Assembly (NCBI GenBank): GCA_964016885.1
Contig: OZ024764.1
Location: forward strand, 22,134,001-22,198,000
Source: Eledone cirrhosa
Lineage: Eukaryota
DNA length: 64,000 bases
Reading direction: 5' to 3'
The notes below the pieces were generated by a model, which was not told where the DNA came from, searched no databases, and saw only the letters and a list, made by a program, of their open reading frames with translations. A program made the translations under genes and the position numbers. Shown in pieces: positions 55,418 to 64,000 of this stretch; position 1 is the stretch's first letter, and every line of letters begins with the position of its first letter.

Positions 55418-57334
55418 TTAAATAATAATAATAATAATGAAATTATTGTGTACAGTGCTCAGGTGCACTACAACTCATCAAAGGTGCATGTATAGTACAT
55501 AGAATAATGTACAAATGTCAGGAAAATGAACAGTGCATGAATCATGATATAATAACAATAATGAAATATTGTGTATAGTGCCCAGGTTTACCACAACTCA
55601 TCAAAAAAGTGCATGTACAGTACATAGGGCAATGCACAAACATCAGTAAAATGAACAGTGCACGAGTCATGATACACACGTGTGCATGTGTATGGAAGGG
55701 GTACATCAGGTGTAGTTTTGCCGTATTTCGGGAAGCTTGAGTGTCTTAAAGGATGCAGTGTCTCGGCAGCTAACAACTGACGCAGGCAGTTTGTTCCCTA
55801 CTTCAGCAACTCTGAGCGTGAAAAAATGTCTACGAAAGTCATGGGAGCTGTGCTGTTTTCTGATCTTGTAGGCATGTCCACGTGTGTTAGACACATGGAG
55901 ATCAAAGAGGCGCTCAGGGTTGCAATTGGCGAGATGGTTAAAAACTTTGTGGGTATTCACCAAGTCCATTGCCAGACGTCGGAGCTTCAATGAATTCATG
56001 CCTAGGGAAGCAAGGCGTTCATAGTATGGTAGGTGTCTGATGGAGGGTATGTACTTGGTTGCACGTCTCTGAACAATTTCCAGGAGGTCAATGTTCTGAG
56101 CAAGATAGGGGTTCCAGACTGATGATGCGAATTCCAAGTGTGGTCGTACCATAGCTGTATACAGTTTTAAATAGATGGCTGGAGAACGGCTAACAAAGGT
56201 CTTGCTGAGTGATGCCAAGACACCCTCGGCCTTCTTGACAATCTTAGAGACATGCTTTGTCCAACGCAAATCGTTGCTGACAGTAATGCCCAGGTCACGT
56301 TCACAAGAGGACTTTTTGATGTCAGTGTTGTGGAGGGAGTATGTGGACGCTGGATTTTTCCTTCCAAAATGCATGGTGGTACACTTGTCCACAGCCAGCT
56401 TCAGTTGCCAGTCTGTGATCCATTGCTGCATTGTGTCCAGGTCTGATTGTAGGAAAGAGTTGTAAATTTCAGGATCAGTCCTTTTGATTTCAAGGTACAG
56501 CTTGATGTCATCTGCATATTTCAGTACCGTGGCATTCTGTAAGTTGGCATCTATGTCATTAATATATGCCACAAACAAAAGAGGACCAAGAACAGATCCC
56601 TGTGGTAGACCAGATGACATCTCATATGGTGAAGAATGCTGTCCTAGAACCGTGACTACTTCCTTTCGGCTGAGAATGAAGGATTTCAACCAGTCGAAAA
56701 GATCATCCCTCACACCCATTGCACAGAGTTTTGCCATAAGTCTTTTGTGTGGCACAGAATTAAAAGCCTTAGCAAAGTCAAGGTAAACAACATCCACCCA
56801 TGAGCCGCTGTCAGTGATCCGGGTGATGTCCTCAAGGAACTCGATAAGCTGATGACAGCAGCTGGAGTTAGGGATAAATCCAAACTGTGAGGACCGGATG
56901 AGGCTGTGAGAGCTCCAGAAGTTCCAAAGTGTTTCTCTGACACAGGATTCCATCAGTTTGGCCATACAGCTAGTAAGACTGACTGGACGATAGTTGACAG
57001 GTGACATGCGGTTGCCCTTTTTGAACAGGGGAATGACACTGGCAGTTTTCCACTGCTCCGGAGTAGCACCATTGTTGAGACAGTATTGAAAGAAGAAAGA
57101 AAGCTGGCGCAAAAGGAAATACCCGCCACATTTGAGATGCAGGTATGTCACACCATCAAGACCAGGGGAGGCATAGTTGCGCTTATTCTTAAGGTGACGT
57201 CGCAAAATTGCAGGTGTAAATTCCATAGTTGTTATGGAATTTGATGTTAGAGATGGTGGAGATGGTACATTCTGGTTTTCAACAGTAAAAATACTTGCAT
57301 AGCACTCAGCAACGAGTTCTGCGCATTCCTTGAT
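55418..57334 (-). mobile_element. 5'-truncated CR1-group LINE with an open 506-aa RT ORF (55706-57226)
   Basis: NYRPVSLTS, VVYLDFAKAF, PQGSVLGP, KYADD; (TTA)n tail; ~124-bp duplicated 3'UTR; splits CCGTAA^CTGGTC of the paralogs. Confidence 0.93.
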
Positions 57335-57472
57335 TGGTCACTTGTACTTATGTTAAGGTATTGTTCTCAAAATAAATAACATGAAAATCTCATAGATTTG
57401 ATATTATGTGAGATAAAGCATTTACTGTGAAAATATAATAGTAAATATAGAGTAATGTGAATACTAAAGGGT

Positions 57473-58825
57473 TAATCTAAAGTCACTAATAACTACTTTT
57501 ATCAGTCAGTATAATCTAAAGTCACTAATAACTACTTTTATCAGTCAGTATAATCTAATGTCACTAATAACTACTTTTATCTGTCACTTTAATCTAATGT
57601 CACTAATAACTACTTTTATCTGTCACTTTAATCTAATGTCACTAATAACTACTTTTATCAGTCAGTATAATCTAATGTCACTAATAACTACTTTTATCAG
57701 TCAGTATAATCTACTGTCACTAATAACTACTTTTATCAGTCAGTTTAATCTAATGTCACTAATAACTACTTTTATCTGTCACTTTAATCTAATGTCACTA
57801 ATAACTACTTTTATCAGTCAGTATAATCTAATGTCACTAATAACTACTTTTATCAGTCAGTATAATCTAATGTCACTAATAACTACTTTTATCTGTCAGT
57901 TTAATCTAACGTCACTAATAACTACTTTTATCTGTCAGTTTAATCTAATGTCACTAATAACTACTTTTATCAGTCAGTATAATCTAATGTCACTAATAAC
58001 TACTTTTATCTGTCAGTTTAATCTAATGTCACTAATAACTACTTTTATCTGTCAGTTTAATCTAATGTCACTAATAACTACTTTTATCAGTCAGTATAAT
58101 CTAATGTCACTAATAACTACTTTTATCAGTCAGTATAATCTAATGTCACTAATAACTACTTTTATCTGTCAGTTTAATCTAATGTCACTAATAACTACTT
58201 TTATCAGTCAGTATAATCTAATCTCACTAATAACTACTTTTATCAGTCAGTATAATCTAATCTCACTAATAACTACTTTTATCAGTCAGTATAATCTCAT
58301 CTCACTAATAACTACTTTTATCAGTCAGTATAATCTAATGTCACTAATAACTACTTTTATCAGTCAGTATAATCTAATGTCACTAATAACTACTTTTATC
58401 AGTCAGTATAATCTAATGTCACTAATAACTACTTTTATCAGTCAGTTTAATCTAATGTCACTAATAACTACTTTTATCAGTCAGTATAATCTAATGTCAC
58501 TAATAACTACTTTTATCAGTCAGTTTAATCTACTGTCACTAATAACTACTTTTATCAGTCAGTTTAATCTACTGCCACTACTAACTACTTTTATCAGTCA
58601 GTTTAATCTAATGTCACTAATAACTACTTTTATCAGTCAGTATAATCTAATGTCACTAATAACTACTTTTATCAGTCAGTTTAATCTAATGTCACTATTA
58701 ACTACTTTTATCAGTCAGTTTAATCTAATGTCACTACTAACTACTTTTATCAGTCAGTTTAATCTAATGTCACTAATAACTACTTTTATCAGTCAGTATA
58801 ATCTACTACCACTAATAACTAACCT
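57473..58825. repeat. 39-bp minisatellite, about 34-35 copies
   Basis: Same unit as 9301. Confidence 0.95.
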
Positions 58826-58895
58826 ATGTTAGTCAGCACATTCTTCACCAAGGAAGGCCTTAGTATTTATTACAGTCCATTTATCAATATAGAAA

Positions 58896-59266
58896 CAGAC
58901 ACCCGGATGTGGCGGATGCGCAAACTGAGCACACAACACACACATAGAAACAAAATGGTGTAGGACAGAAGAAAGGAAAGGCACAGAAACAAAGAAGGAA
59001 TCCCCAGTCACTGAAGAGGTCACAGAGTGTGTGACGAAAGGACTATGACTATATATAAACAACTATCTGGTTGTGGAACCAACCAACCAGAATTTATAAG
59101 TTTGTAGATTTGTAAATTTATAAATTTATAAATATATAATAAATTGAAGTGAAAGCAACTGGTGCGTGTGTTTCTTATTGGCAACATGACCCTCCCAAAG
59201 TATGACAATATCGGTTTCAACACACGATTTCAGATAAAGAAACTTGCTAAACAAATTCAGAAACGA
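58896..59266 (+). mobile_element. Penelope-like pLTR/retrozyme-type insertion
   Basis: Present only in unit 4; 10-bp TSD AATATAGAAA (58886-58895, 59267-59276); contains a hammerhead motif. Confidence 0.65.
59006..59050 (+). ncRNA. Minimal type I hammerhead ribozyme-like motif
   Basis: AGTCA-CTGAAGA-G-GTCACA(GAGTG)TGTGAC-GAAA-GGAC-TA^-TGACT. Confidence 0.65.
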
Positions 59267-60163
59267 AATATAGAAATATTATATGAAATTTGTACTGATG
59301 TATTACAAGTTTCTGAGTATCTTATAATGTTCTTTTATTATTTCAGAATACCAGAGGACATTGGCATTAAAGAGCACGTTACATCAGACATATCCTCAAT
59401 ATTAACCATTTCTAATGAAAGACACTACCCATCAATTTCAAATAATTTTGAAAACACTCAACACTTTGAAGGTATTTAGTAATATAAATAAATTTCTCAG
59501 TATTAAGCTACTCTTTGGAACATAACTTTGCACAATTTCATGAATTTATGGTGGAAAGTTTTTAGATACATATAAAGACTGGTATGAAAAAGATAAAACA
59601 CTTTTATATCAGGTGTTTCATCAACACCATTATTTAAAGATTAAAAGAAGCTGTTATACAGAACAGATACAACCTTGTTTATATAAATCTATGGGAGAAA
59701 TACTGGGAAATATTTCTTCTAAACTCAATAACACTTCTATTCTTTGCTGTCTGGAATATGTAGAAGATACAAAATAAAGCTGAAGAAATTTACACATGAT
59801 TTTGTAAGATCTTCATATATTGACAAAGATGATAGTAGATGGAACTACAGGAGTAGAAATATTTCCATTATTACAGGAATAACTAATCAAATAAAAACCA
59901 GAAAAATTAGATTCTTCACTGTCTGGAATATGTACAAGATGATTTTATATGTATATTAAACTTGAAGACATCTACAAAACAGTTTGTATCATCTTTAATT
60001 ATAAAGAAAGACCAAGTTGATGGAAATATATCTGGAGGAATATGTTTCAGGAATAATATTATAAACATAAAGAAGAAAAATATCCATATATTGACAGAAG
60101 AAAAATATTAAAACTGTGAATTATGTGAGAAACTGAGGTCATTGATATCTTTTAGTAGGAGTT

Positions 60164-61195
60164 ATGTCGAAAAATATAGTAAAATCACCATTCCACTGTG
60201 ATATCTGTAGTAAATCATTCTCTTGCAGAGATAGCTTAACTAATCACAAACGTATTCATACAGGAGAGAAGCCACATCACTGTGACATCTGTGGTAAATC
60301 ATTCTCTTGCAAAGATAGCTTAACTAATCACAAACGTATTCATACAGGAGAGAAGCCACATCACTGTGACATCTGTAGTAAATCATTCTCTTGCAGAGAT
60401 AGCTTAACTAATCACAAACGTATTCATACAGGAGAGAAGCCACAACACTGTGACATCTGTGGTAAATCATTCTCTTGCAGAGATAGCTTAACTACTCACA
60501 AACGTATTCATACAGGAGAGAAGCCATATCACTGTGATATCTGTGGTAAATCATTCGCTGACAGAAGTTGCTTAGCTACCCACAGACGTACTCATACAGG
60601 AGAGAAGCCATATCACTGTGACATCTGTGGTAAATCATTCTCTCGTAGTAATCACCTAACTATCCACAAACGTACTCATACAGGAGAGAAGCCATATCAC
60701 TGTGACATCTGCGGTAATTCATTCTCTCAGAGTAATCACCTAACTACTCACAAACGTATTCATACAGGAGAGAAGCCATATCACTGTGACATCTGTGGTA
60801 AATCATTCTCTCGTAGTAATCACCTAACTATCCACAAACGTACTCATACAGGAGAGAAGCCATATCACTGTGACATCTGTGGTAAATCATTCTCTCATAG
60901 TAATCTCCTAACTATCCACAAACGTACTCATACAGGAGAGAAGCCATATCACTGTGACATCTGTGGTAAATCATTCTCTCAAAGTAATCACCTAACTCTC
61001 CACAAACGTACTCATACAGGAGAGAAGCAATATCACTGTGACATCTGTGGTAAATCATTCTCTCATAGTAATAACCTAACTCTCCACAAACGTACTCATA
61101 CAGGAGAGAAGCCATATCACTGTGACATCTGTGGTAAATCATTCTCTCAAAGCGGTAACTTAACCAAGCATGTGCGTATTCATACAGAAGTTTAG
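60164..61195 (+). CDS. C2H2 zinc-finger protein 4 (12 intact fingers)
   Basis: 343-aa ORF; acceptor at 59346; same N- and C-termini as the paralogs. Confidence 0.93.
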   Translation: MSKNIVKSPFHCDICSKSFSCRDSLTNHKRIHTGEKPHHCDICGKSFSCKDSLTNHKRIHTGEKPHHCDICSKSFSCRDSLTNHKRIHTGEKPQHCDICGKSFSCRDSLTTHKRIHTGEKPYHCDICGKSFADRSCLATHRRTHTGEKPYHCDICGKSFSRSNHLTIHKRTHTGEKPYHCDICGNSFSQSNHLTTHKRIHTGEKPYHCDICGKSFSRSNHLTIHKRTHTGEKPYHCDICGKSFSHSNLLTIHKRTHTGEKPYHCDICGKSFSQSNHLTLHKRTHTGEKQYHCDICGKSFSHSNNLTLHKRTHTGEKPYHCDICGKSFSQSGNLTKHVRIHTEV

Positions 61196-63274
61196 CTGTA
61201 TCAATATCAAACTCATTACATCATACTACTACAACAAATGTGTAGATCCATCATCCTTGCTAAAACTGGGGTCAACCTTGTAGGTTTTACCTAGGACAGG
61301 GATCATAAAACCAGGTTTCCATTTTTGAAGCAGTGTTTGAAGATTTTGTGTAAATTAAAGTTTTTCACATTAAACTTTGATTTATTATACTTTAACAGGT
61401 AAGATATATATTTGTATTTTCAGTAAAGGTTGGGAACTTCTGTAATTTAAACCTGCCAATAAAATGAAAACTTTTGTTGTTGCTAGTCAGACATTGATAT
61501 TAATTCTGTTGTCCTGTACATTGTCTCAAATATCACAGATTAAACAGATTTTAACAATATCAACAGAAATCAATAACTTGTAAGCCTAATATCTAGCTTC
61601 CATTTTATCTATTTGATATTGTTGTTCCCCTCCTGTCTCTTCAGGTCTTTTAGATTTCAACTTCTATCTACTGTACTATTCCATCACCAAGGCAACATTC
61701 ATCTGGCTGGCAGCTTACATCAACTACAGATCTCATCAGTGGTTCACAACAGGCTGTCTGAAAGAAACTTCCAGATATCTTCTATATCATAGCTATCAAT
61801 CTCCTCCTCCTTATCATATGTACCACTCTCACAGTCCCTCTAGATCTTATATTTAACAGGGAGATCTTTTACTATCCCTACTCTTTTCTCTAGATAGTTT
61901 TGTACCACTCTCACAGTCCCTATAGATCTTATATTTAACAGGGAGATTCTTTACTGTCTCTACCCTTTTCTCTAGGTTGTCTTATACCTCTCTCACAGTC
62001 CCTATATATATCTTATATTTAACAGGGAGATCTTTTACTATCCCTACCCTTTTCTCTAGGTTGTCTTGTATCTCTCTCACAGTCCCTCTAGATCTTATAT
62101 TTAACAGAGATCTTTTACTCTCCAACCCTTTTCTCTAGGTCGTCTTGTACCTCCCTCACAATCCCTGTAGATCTTATATTTAACAGGGAGATCTTTTACT
62201 TTCCAACCCTTCTACAGATAGTCTTGTATATGTCATTCCCTCTAGATCTTACACCTCGTATCTAGTCTATGTTGAGTGGTACGTCCTTCTCCAGTAAAGG
62301 AGTTAATATTCCCAACCATCTGTCTATCCTGTTTTCTGATGAGAATGAAGTCAATCTAGTTTATCTCTTCACCTGATTGAAGTAACTAGATCAAGTAACT
62401 AGATGTTTTCCTGTAAGTTAGTGTTGCAGTGTTTGTGTCACCATGTAAGTTTTATATCTATTTTATATAGAGATGTAGTAAAGTTTTCACTGTTGTATCT
62501 CTACTTTCTAAATATCTTTATAATGTTTCTCTACTATTTCAGAATATCACATGACCTTGACAGAAAAGTGTATTTAAAGACAACAGAAAGATGTTAAATT
62601 CAAGATATAAACTTGTTTTTATTCTGTGGTGAATTATGGTGAAATATTTCTTCTGAATTCAGATAAATATTTTCCCTTTTCACTGTCTGGAATATTTACA
62701 AGATGATTTTACATTCTGATTAAACTTTAGATATTTACAAAGGAGTTTTCAAAATATTTGGATATTGACAAAGATCACATTTGGTAAAAATTATGAACAA
62801 TAGAAATATTTACATTAACATAGGAATATTTTCCAGTAGAGATGGGAAAATCATTATACCACTGTAATATTTGTGGTAAAGTATTCTCTCTTCTTTATAT
62901 GTAGAACATCTAACTAAACACTTTAACTAACAAACTATTATGCTATAAAATTGACAAACTTGAGCAATGTTTAATAAATGTTACAGATTTCTCCAAACTG
63001 TCGTTTACTAACTTTAATTTGAAGCTATGTTATCTATATACTACTAAAACTCTGTGATTGTGTCTTGTCTGTAATTTAATACAGCTAAAACAGTGCATAA
63101 TGGGGAAATACTTTGAAAGGAATAAAACAATTTTTGTATAAATTGGAGCACAGGTTCCCAAGATACGGGGATTTCTGGGTACCTTGATATATATAGGGAG
63201 AGAAAGAGATAGTGGTTGTGAGAGTGAGGAGACAGATGGAAGAGAGAGAGAGAGAGCTGGTGGTGTTGTTTAAT

Positions 63275-63305
<31 letters not shown>

Positions 63306-64000
63306 ATACGTATGTGTATATTTTAACTATTTAAAAATCATTTTTAAATGACTTTTAAAAAATAGTTTTAAGGGAACGTGACCCAACAGGTCCCGGGTGG
63401 TCTAGTTTGTTACTAAATACTAGATATTAGAGGGTCATGTTGTTCTAGATGTGCTGGAAGAGCCATTCCATCTCGTGAGGTTCACCAGCAGCTAGCCACC
63501 TCAGCACCTATGGTGGTATATTTATTATATTATTTATTCTTTATCATTAACATTAATATAAAAGATAATTATATATTTTTAGAGTAGAACCTTTTTGTTG
63601 TGACACCTACAGAACCACTTTACAGTGTGGGCTGGGTACTTTTTGTTGTGACACCTACATGACCACTTTACAGTGTGGGCTGGGTACTTTTTGTTGTGAC
63701 ACCTACACGACCCCTTTAAAGTTTCGGCTGGGTACTTTTTGTTGTCACCTACATGACCACTTTACAGTGTGGACTGGTTTCTTTTTGTCATATTACCTAC
63801 ATGACCACCTTATAGTGTTGGCTGTGTGTTCTTTGCAGTGTGGGCTGGTTTCTTTTTGTCATATCACCTACATGACCACCTTATAGTGTTGGCTGTGTGT
63901 TCTTTGCAGTGTGGGCTGGTTTCTTTTTGTCATATCACCTACATGACCACCTTATAATGTTGACTGTATATTCTCTATAGTGTGGGTTGGGTGCTTTTTG

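Noticed and set aside
57558-58832. 424-aa (and 229-aa, 73-aa) MSLITTFISQFNL repeat ORFs
   Set aside because: By-product of a 39-bp (multiple of 3) intronic minisatellite; copy number varies freely and it is absent in unit 2.

Overview
This is animal genomic DNA, most likely from an octopod cephalopod. That assignment is an inference from the AT-rich [17 protein letters not shown] zinc-finger codon style, the divergent GC-expanded 28S and the RTE/SINE tails. Positions 1-4030 are the end of an rDNA unit. A non-rDNA segment, probably an R2 retrotransposon 3' UTR, is fused exactly at the canonical 28S R2 site (381). It is followed by the 3' part of 28S, the 3'ETS/IGS subrepeats and a TATATAGGG spacer-promoter-like motif. 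At about 4030 the IGS breaks off and joins a tandem array of four ~15-kb units. Each unit carries one effector-less C2H2 zinc-finger gene (15, 15 with a late frameshift, 15 and 12 fingers). The non-coding flanks are nearly identical between units, but the DNA-recognition helices are almost completely different. The unit plan is: promoter and non-coding exon, TE-filled intron, 39-bp minisatellite, ZNF exon, decayed 'ghost' ZNF exon. Unit 3 has lost its promoter and unit 2 has lost the minisatellite. TEs include CRE, RTE, CR1-like, Penelope-like (with a hammerhead ribozyme), Buster-hAT, Tigger, maT, Helitron, a foldback, a solo LTR and SINEs. All calls come from reading the sequence by eye; no searches were run.
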